Below, in pieces: positions 1 through 14,100 of a DNA stretch of 64,000 nt. A program made the position numbers and the translations under genes. How positions within the stretch are numbered: position 1 is the first letter of the stretch; every line of letters starts with the position of its first letter. The notes below the pieces were generated by a model. The model made no database searches. It was not told where the DNA came from and saw nothing but the letters and a program-made list of their open reading frames with translations. The stretch comes from Heteronotia binoei (Eukaryota): the NCBI RefSeq assembly GCF_032191835.1, contig NC_083233.1:34658001-34722000 (forward strand), given 5' to 3'.

Positions 1-37
1 GAATGTCCCGGGAGACCGGGACGGTCTGGCCACCCTA
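1..37. mobile_element. Right end of a hAT-type MITE (TAGGGTTGCCA/TGGCCACCCTA terminal-repeat family), cut by the window start
   Basis: Ends in TGGCCACCCTA at 27-37, the same terminal inverted repeat as the complete element at 6948-7435. Confidence 0.55.
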
Positions 38-330
38 CCCCTTTCATCATCCTGGCTTCCATTGCTTCTAATTGTTCTTGCATTTTCTCCATTGAGGCAG
101 TCCTTGCACGGGTTAACTTATGCTCTGACATTTTAAAAAAACCACAGAAAATGTTGGCCTCTCCAAATTAAATTTAAACTATCAGGTTTGATAGAGTAAG
201 GCTTGCCCTTTTCAATAAGCCTAATTTCGCTGTACTCAGAGCCTCCTGGGCTCAGATATTAATTTTTGAAGTTTTTATTTCTTCCAAAATGGCGGTCGCG
301 ACTTTCTGCTTCCCTTTAAAAAAAAATTTC
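38..330 (-). mobile_element. Possible 5' UTR and ORF1 start of an L1-like LINE
   Basis: Minus-strand ATG at 131 opens MSEHKLTRARTASMEKMQEQLEAMEARMMKG (coiled-coil-like) before interruption by the MITE; a GCCATTTT (YY1-like) motif lies upstream near 290. Family assignment is inference. Confidence 0.3.
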
Positions 331-2853
331 CTTCAATAGACTTCTAAAATAATTATCAGCGATGATGTCCAATAGTCTTTACCTTATAATTGTCACCACT
401 GTCAGCTTCATCAATTTTTAATGTCCCGAACGCTTTAAAACTTTGTTTAAATTTTGACCTCCTAGCAATGGCCGCTGATGTTTTTCTATGATTTTATAGT
501 CCTAAAGTAGGCTAGCTGCTTCAATGATTTCCCTTTTTCATCCGACACTTCCTGCTTTTCTTACCAAGTCCCGTTTTCACTAGTAAAAAGATCTCACGAT
601 GTTTGACGTATTTCCTGTGTTGACTATGAAAGCTGCAAATCCGTGATGACAAAACAATAAATTCCTTTCCACTTTTTAGCACTGTCCTTTAAATTTACAA
701 AATTCAAATTTCGCCCCTTCTCCCCTTGTTCTTCCAAGCTTTCTGAATCTCTATTTCGCACCTTCTGATTTCATTTTGTTTAACTTTAAATAGTCCCAGA
801 ATGAAGATAATCAGTACCTTTTTCTGCAGTTATCCAGATCCAACACCGGTCTTGTATAGCTTTAGATGTTTAGCAGTCTTAAAGAAGGTTAGGATCCTGT
901 CGAGCTTATGTCAAATAAATGACTCTGGAAACTTCTGCAGATGATGAATATGCAACTCGTCTCCAGAGACCCCTCAAAGCCTCAAAGAAGCCCCCCCCCC
1001 CTCGGGACTCCCTTTTAGCCAAGGTAAATCTCCTCAGAGTTTCCTGTGCATATCTTGGACTGATCTCTGACTGAGAAAAATAGGCAGTAGACATTAAATT
1101 GCCCTCCACTACCCCAAACAGAAGCCCCAGCCTGCTCCCCTTCTGAGAAGCAATTCAGCTCAGCATTTTCCAACCCCGGAAGTCCCCAAGTTTATTAAAT
1201 ATTTTCTGAAACATTTTTTGTTTCTAGGCAACACAGCACTCTAAAATCTTGCAGCAAAAGAAAACAAGAAAAGATAACTTTTACTATCAAATACCTTGCA
1301 TTAGATGGCACAATTTTAAAAGTTCCAAAAGGTTGAAGCAGCGGCCTTAAGCATTTTCTATGTAGCCATGCACTGCTATGCAAGCACATCATAGTCCAGG
1401 CATCAAGTCACCAAAAATCCCCAAAGTTAGCCCTCCTTCAGTCAGACTCTTTGTTCAGTTATAGGCTTGATCCAACTGGTGTCAGGTGATGGTAACAATC
1501 CAGTCAGGATACATTCTCACTAGGATCCTCTAAAGACTACATCATCACTCCTGCTTCCTCCCTCCCATCCAGCGGGCCACAGGTTCTTAAGATCCAATTT
1601 ATCACATTCCTAACTCTGGCCTTGAAGATGATAAGAGCCATGTAGGTAGAGAGGCCCAATTGCTAACACTTGCAAGACAGAATGAGCGTGTTAGTATTCT
1701 CATTAACCCTTTGGGAGAAATCAAGGGTGCTTTACCTCACACCTGCTGAGATCCTTTAAAAGTGGGGAGAGTTGCCTGGGAGCTTCTGCCATGGCCCATT
1801 TAGAGCTAAGCTAAATGCCATGATCAAATGTTCCACCCCTTTAAATTTGTGTGCATAGCAAGCCATGGCTAACCCAGATTTGGTTCAGGACCACAGCACC
1901 TGGGGAGGGTTTGCTTGTTTTCTTTACCTTTTTTGCTTTCATCATTTTTTTACCATAAATGCCCCCTTCCCTGGAGCTACAGTTGCCATTCTAGGGAAAA
2001 CTTAACACATGCCTGTAATTATTTCACTTTTATAGCAAATAGCAGCTGCTGGGTTTCCTCAGGAAAAAAACATTACCTTCTCCTTGCCCTGTGCCCTGGG
2101 ATGCTCATAGCTAATTGCAATAGAATTTTTTTTAGAGACAGGAGATCTGATTGTGGATTTCCAATGCCTTGTCTGCTTGATCACTGTGTGGTCTGTTCTT
2201 GAGACTGTTTGGGCATGTTGCTGTAATAAATAATGCAAAGGAAACACTAATGGGAGCCTTCACCTTGTAATAGCCTTTTGGGCATTCAGTTGTAAGCATC
2301 TCCCTTCAGTATTTCAGAAAATGATATATTGGCATTTGGGTATGAATAGTTAAAAAAAAAATCTCAGACAGATAGTTTAATGGTAGACCATGAATCAGTT
2401 AATATGTTTTATGTGGCGAAACAGCTATAAACATTACTCATAAGGCTCATAATGTTTGATGCCAATCTTTCAGGGAGTTCTCTTGTACAAGTCTCACTGA
2501 AATGAATGAAAGCTATGTTAATGGTTCCCATTCATTTTCTTGGAGTTTGCACAAGAGTGGATTGGGCCCAGTATATGTCTAATATATCAGTCCTTTTATA
2601 ATTTGTGGGTTCTTTGGCAGGTGGATGCTTTGGGACTGAAGCAAATAGAAAACAAAGAACAGAACATCCATTTGGTTGTTAATACACTCGACCTGTTTTG
2701 AAAACCATAAATGAATTCCGTAAAGTCCAAAGCAAATTGGATTAGCTTTTCTGTTCTTTTTCCAATCTCTTGTAATATCCCAGCTTCCTCTTGCCTTTGG
2801 ATATCTCTGGACCTATGTGGTAATGGATTTTCCATTATCCATTCTTTCCACAG

Positions 2854-2997
2854 ACTCCCTCGCTTCCTGCTCTTAACTGTACAGTTGAAAATGCTCGGCC
2901 CACAGTATCCTATTACTCAAGACCCCAGGTGACTTCGTATAATACATATTATCACAGCACTCCACATCTGCCACCATACTCAGCGTACGACTTCCAG
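2854..2997 (+). CDS. TMEM255A: TMEM255A penultimate coding exon (48 aa)
   Basis: Acceptor ttctttccacag, donor CAG|gtacag; translates TPSLPALNCTVENARPTVSYYSRPQVTSYNTYYHSTPHLPPYSAYDFQ, closely resembling the human TMEM255A segment NPTLPALNCSVENTHPTVSYYAHPQVASYNTYYHSPPHLPPYSAYDFQ. Confidence 0.93.
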
Positions 2998-4339
2998 GTA
3001 CAGTACACCAAACAGTGCAAAAACCCAGTTATAACTTTTTTGCTTTTGTTGTTTATGTCATCCATCCATTCTGAAATAAAAACAATTTCATCTTTTGCCT
3101 TGCTGGTGCTTCTTCTTGAACCACATCCCTATTCGATTTCAATCTGTCGATATTTGAATGTGTATAGACTGCAGTTGTGCATGGACTGACTTTGAGATAT
3201 TTGGAAACTGTTCATAAAAACTTACGTGTAGATTTGCCACCTCTGCTGTTGTTCTTTCGTCTTTAAATATATCTCCTCCCCCCTTTCTTTCTTTTTAAAA
3301 ATCTTATTTGGTTGCTGGATTTTAAGACATTTTTCTTGTTCTCCCCCTCCCATTTATATATATATATATGTGCCAGTTTCAGCCTGCAATTAGTGGAGGA
3401 GAGGCCGTCTCTTATTGTGTAGGCTTTAGCCCTCTTCACACAGCACTGCCTGCATTTAAATCAACATGCAGCATGGCTGCCCACCACCCCCTGCCATATG
3501 TCAGTGCCTGTTTCTAAGTACAGAACCCATAAGGGCATCTGAAAAAATGTTCCCGATCACATGGAAGGGAGCCTACAAGCATAAACTCCATGTTTGGGAG
3601 CCAGTGCTCATGTGTCAACCAGAGAATTTATGCCTGTTCCCTCTCAGTGCGCATACTGTAATGTGTAGAGTGCTTTTGATATTTTGCCAGGGAAAAGGCA
3701 TGCTGCACAAAACTATCAGAACGTTTTCATGAAGGTCAACAACTCGCTGCCTCAAGGCCAAACCTGACCCCTAGTGTATTGCTGTGCTCCCCTCTCACTC
3801 TTGCCAGATCCGGGGACAAGAGCAAGGGTGCCTACGCAGAACCAGTTGCAGTGGGACTTGATCTCCGGCCATTGAGGTGGTGTCATGACAGGCCATGGGA
3901 GGCCAGTCCTAAGCAGAGATACACTGTTGAGATCAGTCAGTTCCGAAGGATTTAATTGGGCATTGTAACTATCACCTTGCTGTTGGCTCTAGGCCATGGC
4001 TTGCAGTGTGGTACAGAAATTAAGGGGGGTGGGACCAGAATGATCTGATATAAAGAAGCTTCATGTTGCTCAAGATATTTTTTTAAAAAATCAGAGCCTT
4101 TTCAAACTTGTATACATTAATAACAGTTGCGGAACTGGTATTCTGGATTCTGAACTTCAGTTTTTTAGCTCAGGGCCAAGCAAGGTGTGACATTTTCCCA
4201 TGAGTCAGGCCTGGGTTTCACCAAACTGACTCTCATTATTGTCAGTTAGACAGCAGCTCCTGGGAAGTGATTTCCCAAGTGCCACAGGGGCCAGATTCAG
4301 ATCGGGACTGTGGTGCTGAGAGAGTCACCCTTGTGAGAA

Positions 4340-5010
4340 AGGGAGAAAAGTATTTCTTTCTCTACCTCCTCCAACCCATGCATAATTTTGTAAATCTCTG
4401 CCATGTCACTCCTCAATCATCATTTCTCCAATCTGAAGAGCCCTAACTTCTTTAACTTTTCTTCATAGGGATGGCGTTCCATACCCTTGATTATTTCTGC
4501 ACCTTTTCCCTTTTCTGCACCTTTTCCAATGCTGTAATCTCTTTTTTGAGGTATAATGACGAGACCAGAACACAGTGTTCCAAATGAAGTTGCACCATAA
4601 ATTTATATAGGGACATTATGATACTGGCTGATTTGTTTTAAATCCCTTCCTAATAATCCCCAGCATAATAATCCCCAGCATACCCTGTGGTACCTCATTG
4701 CCTACCGCCTTCTACTGTAAAAACTGCCCATTTATACTCTCTCTGTTTTCTGTTAATCAACCAGTCTTAAATCTACAAGAGGATATGAATAAGTATTTAT
4801 AGTCACTCTTTATGTTTTTTGCATTATGTTCCTCATAGTACCTTTTTTCCTGTCTGATAATCAACTTGCGTGTTATTTGCCAAATTCTGTGCTCCCTTTT
4901 ATTTACCTCACTCAAACCAGCTATCCACAACTTAAACAAATCCTTCTTACCTTTTATTGCTTCTATAACTTGCTGTTAATTTTGCAAGCCTTTTAAAATA
5001 CCTATTCATA
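4340..5010 (-). mobile_element. Degraded CR1 LINE ORF2 3' fragment in the last TMEM255A intron
   Basis: Sequence style of antisense CR1 RT/3' region (e.g. cagaacacagtgttccaaatgaagttgcaccata); boundaries approximate. Confidence 0.5.
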
Positions 5011-5108
5011 CCTTTCCTAATCTGCAGTATACATTGTATAACAGAACAACAAACTAAGGTGGTTGTTACTTCTGTGCCAAGCCTTCTTTTCTCTCTCATC
5101 CTTTGCAG

Positions 5109-5267
5109 CATTCCAGTGTATTCCCAGCCTCCACACCATCTGGCCTCTCAGATGACCCACCATCATTATCGCCATCTCCAAGCTACGTGTGGTCTCCCAC
5201 AGCGCCTCCTCGGTATTCCCCGCCATATTTCCCACCCTTCGAAAAGCCGCCTCCATACACACCATGA
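5109..5267 (+). CDS. TMEM255A: TMEM255A last coding exon
   Basis: Acceptor ctttgcag; HSSVFPASTPSGLSDDPPSLSPSPSYVWSPTAPPRYSPPYFPPFEKPPPYTP then TGA at 5265-5267; matches the proline-rich PPxY-bearing C-terminus of TMEM255A. Confidence 0.93.
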   Translation, partial: HSSVFPASTPSGLSDDPPSLSPSPSYVWSPTAPPRYSPPYFPPFEKPPPYTP

Positions 5268-6798
5268 AAGGAATAGGAGCTCTGCCACTGGAACTCGTGG
5301 TGAATTTTTTGTACCAGGGGAGGGGAGAGCACAGACCATTACATTGCATACATAGAAATACAAAACGGGGACATGATGGCACTTCCTCTTGGTAGGCTGT
5401 GCCTGGGAAAGACACGGATGCAATTTAATGGCACTGAAAAAGTACAGCTCCTGAATCAGGCATCTGCTTTTATTCCTTTATTTTAACAATGTGGATAATG
5501 GCTGCTCTTGACTCTTTAGGAAGATGCTGTCTGGGGGACTTGGTTTGAAAAAAATGAAGAGAAGGACCTACAGTTGCCTTAGGTACTTGGCATTTTGGAA
5601 AGGAGCTTCTGAAGTGTGTTCTTGATTTCCTTTGTCCTCTTTGCCAAAAGGTGTACAAAGCCTGCAAGCAGAACACCTGCCAGTTTACAATAGAAGTTAA
5701 TAGGCCACATCAGTTAAAGGGAGAGCCAAAGAATCTAGCATTGTGTAAAACAAGTGCTCTGAACTGCTGTGAGAGAAGAATGTTCTGCAATATACGTGGC
5801 CTTAGTTGTATGCACTGAAAATGGGCCCTAGAAAGGGAGCTGCTGAAGGGTGGGGCTGCCTGTAAGAGGCATCTCCCTGATTTTCTGCAATCAAATGTGT
5901 AATTTTGTTATCGTGCCACTACAGTGCTGTATACTGACATCTAGGATGCATCCATATGCCATTGGCTATTGCACCATCATTGCACTATAGCCGTCCCTCA
6001 CAGTCGAATTTTTCTGGGTGGAGAAGGCAATCCAGTCACAAGTGATTGTTCTGCTGCCACATTCAACCATGTGTGGCTGCAATCTGACAAGTATTACAGC
6101 ATAGTGAGAAAACAAAGGCTGCTTTGCGCATAAAATTGTATTTATGCTGCATGTTATGTAACCTTTATTTTCCTGTGTAGGTTTTTCAGTATGTCAAAGG
6201 GTTAACAGGTGTTACACTAAAAACATTATGTCCCCTTCAACAGTATCAGAAATACCAGGCACCACAGTGGAAGGTGGCACATGATGTGCATTAAATCGTT
6301 CCTCGATCTGCATGCAGAAGTTGTCCACTGTTTGTCTGAAATGAATGCCACCTTCCTATTGTGAGTCTCTCAGGAAGTAGGGTTCCAAAAACAGAGTGCC
6401 ATTGTCTTCAGAAGCGTGCAGCTTGACCTAACCTTAACGCATGCGTGCATTCTTCAGAATGTGATCAGCTTTATACTGTATGCCATTGAGTCCTCTGTTA
6501 GTATAGCTCTCTGGCAGTTGATGTCTTTCAATTCGCACCTCTACTAAATATTTGAAGGGACACATGCTGAAGAGCCATGGTCAGTTCTGGTTCCTAGGCA
6601 GATGTCCACTATAGGATCAATTCTAAACAAGTTCACTGAGAAGTTCCATTTAATTCTATGGGGGGTTCCTCCCAAGAAGGTTTAGGATTGAAGCCCATGA
6701 TTCTTCTTCATCACATCGAAATAGACCACTAGAAAAGCAGAACTGGACAAATGGCAAACTTGGCTACCGTCTTATGAGAAGCAGCAAGCAGCCCCCAT

Positions 6799-7488
6799 CA
6801 GTGTTCCCTCTAAACTGAGTTAATGTGAGCTAGCTCACAGTTTTTTAGCCTCCAGCTCACCCATTTTTGTCTTAGCTCAGGAAAAATGGCCCCAGAGCAA
6901 ACTACTTTAAGCAGTAGCTCACAGCTTTAATGCCAATAGCTCACAAATAGGGTTGCCAAGTCCAATTTAAGAAATATCTGGGGAGCCAGGAGACATTAGG
7001 GGTGGAGCCAAGATCAAGGCTGTGACAAGCATAATTGCTCCAAAGGGAGTTCTGGCCATCATATTTAAAGGGACGGCACACTTTTTCAATGCCTTCCTTC
7101 CATAGGAAATAATGAAGGATAGGGGCACCTACTTTTGGAGCTCATAGAATTGGATCCCCTGATCCAATCTTTTTGAAACTTGGGGGGTATTTTGGAGAGA
7201 AGTACTAGATGCTATACTGAAAATTTGGTGCCTCTACCTCAAAAAACAGCCCCCCCCCCAGATACCCGCGGATCAATTCTCCATGATTTTCTATGGAAAT
7301 AAATCTCCATAGGGAATAACAGAGTTCCCAGCAGACATTTCCCTCCCCTCCCCCCGCTTTCTGACGATCCTGAAGTGGGGGGAGGGCCTCCAAACCAGGG
7401 GATCCCCTGCCCCCACCTGGGGATTGGCCACCCTACTCACAAAGTAGAATTTTTGCTCACAAGACTCCACAGCTTAGAGGGAGCATTG
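6799..7488 (+). mobile_element. hAT-type MITE family A (TIR CAGTGTTCCCTCTAAGCTG), interrupted by a nested MITE
   Basis: Terminal inverted repeats at both ends; 8-bp TSD gcccccat/gcccccgt; same family at 27305, 29310, 37805. Confidence 0.85.
6948..7435 (+). mobile_element. Nested hAT-type MITE family C (TIR TAGGGTTGCCA...TGGCCACCCTA)
   Basis: Perfect 8-bp TSD CTCACAAA at 6940-6947 and 7436-7443 inside the family A element. Confidence 0.88.
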
Positions 7489-8764
7489 GCCCCCGTGTGT
7501 GTCTGGGGTGGCTTTCAAGAGCCAGTTGGATTTTAAGGGCAACTTAGGAACTAATGATCTAACTAACAGGATGCTGGCTCCTGATTCATTGATGTTTGTA
7601 AAATTTGTTTTAAAAAAATCTTTTTGCTGCTCATGCACAGACAGCTTTTAGTTCCATGGTCATAAAATCAGGAATGGTTTGATACAAGGCTTTGCTGATG
7701 TCCTAGATCGAGCCTTGTATAAAATAAGAGACTTTCCCTTTCAAAATCAGACACTGCCATTGGGCTGGATGGGCAGGGGGAGGGAAATGGGCCTAGGTCC
7801 AAATCCCCACAGAGCTGGCTGCCTGTGGACAAACCTTGTAGACTAACCTACTTCAAAGATTTGGGGGAGGTACAAGGAACATAAATGTATCTTTCCCTGA
7901 GTGCTTGAAATGAGGTGGGAGGACGAATAAAAGAACCCATGGGAAACTTTATCCATACAGTAGCATGACACTTTGAACTGCTGTATTTAATCCCATTTGT
8001 CTGCAAAATGTGTATCCATAAGGAAGCTTAGGTTTGCTGTCAGAATGGTGACTAAAACTGTTTTCACACCAGTCTCTTCCCACCACCCCCTTATACATGG
8101 CTTAACAAGCAGGTTTTGTATTGAGTAATAACTGAGGTTTGATTTAAATTCCACACTAGCGAGGCAAACAGCTTTCCTATGTGATTTAGCATGGGCTCTG
8201 AGACTCTCATCCAAGTGTGCCGCAACCTGTACAAAGCAGCTATGGGCATTTATTTTGCATGCCAGATAACCGTAGCCCTTCTGGCTATTATGCTGGCATG
8301 CCTTCTAAGCTTGTGCATTTTAATAGTTTAAAATGAAATGTTAATTCTGTGCAGATGTCTTGCCTTTGCCAATGTCACGTTTATATCATGCATCCAGCCA
8401 GTGACTCTTGTACTCTCAAGAGAGGGGGGGTGGCACAATCCAGAGTTAAGCATCCCTAAACTCATTCACATTAGTTAGCTTAAGGGTACTTAATTTGCGA
8501 TTGGGTTGCGGCTAGAGACCTCTGGTGCTGTTGATGCAAAAGAAAGGGAGTGAATGAGTTGTGCATAGATGTTTACCAAACTACTTGAGGGCCCAGTCTT
8601 TGTTTCTGGAACTCATGGATTGCTGTGTGAGCAAACTATGGATCCCCCAACCCTAATGAAGAGGAAGCCTCACTTGTGCAGTCTTTGGCATGAGCACTGC
8701 AGCTTCTGGGTACGATCCAGCACAGGTAAACATGTTTGCATCCAACAAGGCAGAAATGCTCCTT

Positions 8765-8995
8765 GCCATGACCTGGATGGCCCAGGCAAGCCTGATCTCT
8801 CATCAGATCTGGGAAGCTAAGCAGGGCCAACCCTGGCAAGTACTTGGATGGGAGTACCAGAAGTCAGGAGGCAAGGGCAGGCTTTATTCAGCCACCTCTC
8901 TGAATATCCTCCATACCCGCATTAGAGGTCAGTCACCAGAAGTCACCATGACTTACTTTGAAACATGTGTACACACACACACAAACACACACACA
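8765..8995 (+). mobile_element. 5S rRNA-derived SINE, degraded
   Basis: gatctctcatcagatctgggaagctaagcagggccaaccctggcaagtacttggatgggag resembles the 5S rRNA internal promoter region (GATCTCGGAAGCTAAGCAGGG...GTACTTGGATGGGAG) but is followed by non-5S body and a (CA)n tail. Confidence 0.7.
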
Positions 8996-9371
8996 CCCCA
9001 AAAAAAGAGAAGTGCTCCTCCATGGGAGCAAAAGTCAGTTTGCCATAAATTGCAGGTGAACCTTCTTGTGAAGCTGCAAAGAACTGAATGGACTGTTGAG
9101 ACAAGGTGCACCAAGGCATCACGCAAGCCTGGATTTTTCTCTCCAAAGTTGTGCCACATGCATTGCTACCCTGAAAACGACCCCAAACTATTGTGTGCAG
9201 CAAAAGCATTTTAAAAAGCCTTTGTTCAGAAATTTATTTAATGGGTATAATTTACCACAACACTCCCTCCAACTCAATTTTGTGTTATTCACATCAATGG
9301 AGCTTTATGGAAACATTTTAATGACTGCCTGGACCACTTTCATCTTTCCCCACGAGTATCACCGCTTCAGA

Positions 9372-9575
9372 AAATAATCATAGGACGCTGCCTTACAGAG
9401 AATCCATTTGACTCAGTATCATTTTTGACTTGCGGTACAGGTCTCCAAGGTTTCAGGTAGAGAAGAGTCCTCGCTGCCTTGTCACCCAAGACCCTTTGAC
9501 TGGATAGGCCAGGGATTGAACCTGGAACCTTCTGCATGCAAAACACTTGCTCAACTGCTGAGCCATAGCCCTTCC
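9372..9575 (-). mobile_element. Old tRNA-derived SINE copy
   Basis: Minus-strand head with A-box and GGTTCAATCC B-box; similar to the younger copy at 47930-48149. Confidence 0.6.
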
Positions 9576-11189
9576 TGGGCTTTTATCCCCTCCCCATCTT
9601 CCTAAAATTGATTAAAGTGTTAACATCTTGTGTGTTTAGGAGTCATCACAAAAGCAATTTGTAGAAATGTTGGAAGGATAGCAATGCATTACTGAGGTAT
9701 ACAGCATACTTGCAAAAGGTCATTTTAATGGTAGTTTGCAGATGCAATAATAGCATCTTTGTTGCTTTTAAAGGGACAGGGAAGGGGGCTCAAACTAGCA
9801 TTTTCTTTTGTCAGCTTTCTGCAAAAATGTATGCATTCAAATGTAAATACAGGAGCTCTGTCTGTTTCCATCTTTAAATCCATTTTGTGTGACAATGTAA
9901 TGAGAACATGAGTCATGTACCCTTGGGATAATTTATAAAATGAAAATAAAAGTGGTAAGAGTTTTGTTTATAAGTTTAATGATTTAACAGTTTGCTGGTT
10001 CTTAAGTTCTTATCTACTGGGTGAAAAAGGAAGCCACCAGAGGACTTGGCCATTCAAATGCCACAGGGCTCCTCAGTCCCATCCACAAGCAGAGCAACAG
10101 AAAAGTTAGCACCATGCTCTGTATCTTGTGTGCTGGAAAAATTTACCTAGTTCATAGTGTCTTGCGTTGAATTAAATTTAGCTGCTGGTTTTCCAGATCT
10201 GATAAGGACGGATATGGGAATCAGGAAGCAAAGACTATTCTATTATCAGGAAAATCTAATTAATTTCATGTCATGCATGTACAGCCAATTCTTTGTTTTC
10301 CTTCCTAATTTCCTATATGGTGTGCAGTTAGTTTAAGGGCTCCTAATTTGGTGTTGGATACTGGGGGTCTCAGTGTGTCCCTATGGTGCATTCTCAGTTC
10401 ACATGGGACAACTGGAGTTCAGCAGGCCCAGGCAGTAGCCCACGGGAACTACATAGACAAGATCCTGTGCTACAGAAGTTCCTCAGGAAAGCTCCATGGA
10501 AAAGTCTCCCTAAAGAGGAAACTTCAGAAACCTTTGTAAACAAGTAAAATGAAGAGAAGTATACTGAGCTGGATCAACATGTCTCTAACCAGCAACTCCA
10601 CTGCACATGCAGCAGTTGCAGGTGAGTATCTGAATCCTCCAGAACAAGATGAGACTGTCTTTTGATAGGCACTACTAATCTGGGCTCACCACTTGTTACA
10701 TGCAGCAAGTTGCCCACTATGGTTGGGCCACTGTGTAGATACAAGGGCAAACTGAATGAGACATTAACACCCTACACAAAGATGAGTTTGAAAGGTTTTA
10801 TTGTTGGACCACAAGCCTTTGTTTCCTCTAGTATTATCTTTTTTCTACTGAGCAGAACAATTCACATCCTGACCAGAATTTAACTACTGTAATCTTAAAA
10901 TGGGCAATGGCCAGAGCAAAATCCTGTGTAGCTCCAGAAAGCTGCTTGAGCAGGGCTTCTTTTGTTAATGAATGGCTACTCACATACACAACTTAGAGGG
11001 AACACCACCTATAAACGAATACTCTGCCTTTCAATTTAGAACTACAAGGTTTGTACACTTGCAAGAACCCAAGTCTGCCTTCTCACAGAAAACCTTCAGA
11101 AAAGTCACCAGCTACTCAAAGGCAGTCCCAAACGACAGATGTCTTGTGCTCAAGAAGAAACTTTTTGCACCTTGGTAGAATTAAAAGCT

Positions 11190-11195
11190 TTTATT
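11190..11195 (-). terminator. Candidate ZBTB33 polyadenylation signal (AATAAA)
   Basis: tttatt on + strand about 3.2 kb downstream of the ZBTB33 stop, at the end of an AT-rich, repeat-poor UTR-like tract; other candidates exist. Confidence 0.35.
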
Positions 11196-14100
11196 TTTAC
11201 CATACAAAGTTCTAAGAACTAAGGTCAAGTATCAGTTAATGAAAAAGCAAAACACAATTCCTAGAAGGCATGTAAAGGAAAAGACTGTACAAGTTATATA
11301 CATTACAGTACTGTATTGGTTTTGTTTCTTTAAAAAAGTAATGCTTCAGCGTAGCTCAGTAGAAACCATTATGGAATAACCCACTGCCCTCTCTTGCATC
11401 TTTTTAAATAAATGTATACTTTGATAGGAAATAAATAAGCATTGTTGATTTTCCTCCAGAACTGGAATGCTGTGATAAAATTCTTATTTTAGCAGAACTC
11501 ATAAAGAAAAACTTGTATTTTGCCCCCATGAGCATTATTTACCTGGAGCTAAGAGGTGTTCAACTCTTTAGGCAGACTGAAGTGCTGAAATTCTGAATTG
11601 TACTACTTCATTTGCAGGAGAGGCAAAACATAGTTTTGAATGCCTCTTCCTTCCAGACCAACCTGCACGCAGTAAACCAGCATACAGCAAAGCTGTGCTA
11701 AACCTTTTTACCCTATGCACAGGAATTTTGTTTAAGTAGATCACCATTCAAAATTGTGGATACAGTCAAAAGTCTAGATGACTCAGAGTGCAGTAGAACA
11801 TATTTGGAAACAAATGAAATAACAAATGTGTACTTCTAAGCAGAGCGCATTTGGAATTGGCATGTCAAGATACAACAACGATTATCAACCTGGGCTTATA
11901 TTTGCTATAGGATTTCTGTTGAATGCTGCAAGTGAGTATTTATTAGTTGTGTATATATGCATTTTTAGGTTTACAGTTTATGTAAAACGTTTTCTTCCCA
12001 GAGCCATTTGTCTTAATATTTACAGACGGGTGAACAATGAGACAAGAAGCAAAAGCTTAAAAAAAACAATTCTACAAAAACAGAAGACAGACAGTTAATG
12101 TATAAACCAACATGGTGTCACTTAAAAGGTAAGGTATGGAAAAGGTCCAGCATAATTCAACCCCATAAATACTGGAAGCAACAGATTATTAAAAATATAG
12201 AAACACTTGGTAAGAATCCTTAACTCTGCATACTGAAACCTGCTTCCTAGGAAAGGCTTCGGCACCTGAGATGCATGCAAGGTTGAATCTTCTAGCAAAA
12301 GCACACAGCTTTGAACCCTATTTTTCCAGTTTTCCTTTAATAGAAAGGACACCTTCAACAGACACTGGTTTTTAAGAAGTCTCAGTATGTATTATCAATA
12401 ACCAGTATTTTCTAGAAATAGAGCATGCCTAGCTTCAGATTTGACATGCACGAAATAATACATCAACCTCCTTTTCTAATGAGTGGTAGGGAACTTTCAT
12501 TTGTTGTGGGCAAGTAATATTGGTCTCCCTAAGACAGGTCTTAAGTCATAAACGTCAGTTGATGCTTCAAAACAGAAACTTTCATATGCTCCATTTATCT
12601 GGGAGCATACACGACATCACTTCAACTTGTTAACCAAATTTAGAAAATTTCACAGATCAATGATTTAAACATAAAATGCCAATTTTAAAGCATAATTTTC
12701 AAAATGATTTTTTAAAAAAAATAAAAAAATGCCACCCATACACAAGTGCAATCTGTCAAGAGAACAGAGGAGCTGCATTTTTACACCTTACACAAACAAA
12801 TTTACTTTTCTTTCATTACTACAAACACTGATTTCTGACATCCTTTCATCATACTTGTTACTTGTGACTCATTTGTGACTTACAACAAAATTTTCATTTT
12901 TGGCCAGAAAAAAGCAGTTTTAGAAAGAAAGAAAAAGAAAGTCAAGGAATGATTACTTGGAACATGAAAAAATGTTTATTTTCAAAATGTGAAAAGGAGG
13001 GAGGAAATCCTACGTGAAGGAAAGAAGAAACTGAACAGCAACCCACGGATTGCTAACCTAATTCTATTCACCACCACAACCTTTTCAGTCCTCTATAAGG
13101 GCTTTTTCACATTATAAAATATACAAAAATTCAAGTTGCTGCTCAATGGAAAATGTTGACTAATTAACTGGTAAGCAATTGACACTCAGTGCTACCATTT
13201 CTTGCTCATGTTGACCTTTTTTTTTTTTTGCTATTACCAATGCACCTAAAAGGGGAAGATCAATTGGTGAGGATGCTTATGTCCTATGTGAACCTGTTAG
13301 CATATACCTTGATTTTTCAAAGGAGTCCAACTGATGCGATAATTCTTTAAAAAAACCCTCCTACCTAAGTGTGAAAGCTTTAACTCACCTCAAACTAACC
13401 AAAACTGTAAAATAAATTCTATAAGGATCTGAAACATCATTTGCAGTGCTTAGCTTTGGGATTCAGTTTCTGCAGCCATCAGCTATAAAACTATATTTGT
13501 CAAAGACTTTTCCCAAAACAGGAAAACAGCAACATAATTAAACCATTAACATACTTGCAGTAAAAAGGCAGGCCAACATAATTCCTCAGCATTTGGGGGG
13601 AAAGATGGCAAACTGCTTTTCTTCAGTGTCATTTGACATTTTGATTGACAGGGCCCCTTCAGTACTATAGGAGACAATACAATGGTCCAGCCACTGGGAT
13701 ATATATAAAGTCCAAGTATTACTTGATGAGTTTACCATACACTGAGAATTTTCAATCTCCAAGTGTGCAAGCTTACATCATGAGCATTTTCATGAAGATA
13801 AAATGGTAGTTTTGGAACTGAAGAACAAAAATGCCACTTTAAAAAAAAGGTAAGTGATTTATGGGCAAGGTTACTGGACCCTCACAGCACTGCACCAACC
13901 ACTAAAGAGTGCATTTGTTTCTATTCAAAGAAAAAAGTATTCTAAACTTCCAAATCTATATTGAGACTATGTGTAGTCTCAAGTGTTAACAGTGAAACAA
14001 TTTTCAGCATTAAAGTGCTAATATGAAAGGATTACATAATAAGTGGTTCAAGCGGCAAGAAACATCCCCATTGTTATGCAAGTACTTAGGGAAGGATCCC

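Noticed and set aside
8790-8860. 5S rRNA gene
   Set aside because: Only the internal promoter part matches, with many substitutions and SINE-like flanks.
8690-9214. 174-aa plus-strand ORF
   Set aside because: Runs through a 5S-derived SINE and a (CA)n tract, with no splice or domain evidence.
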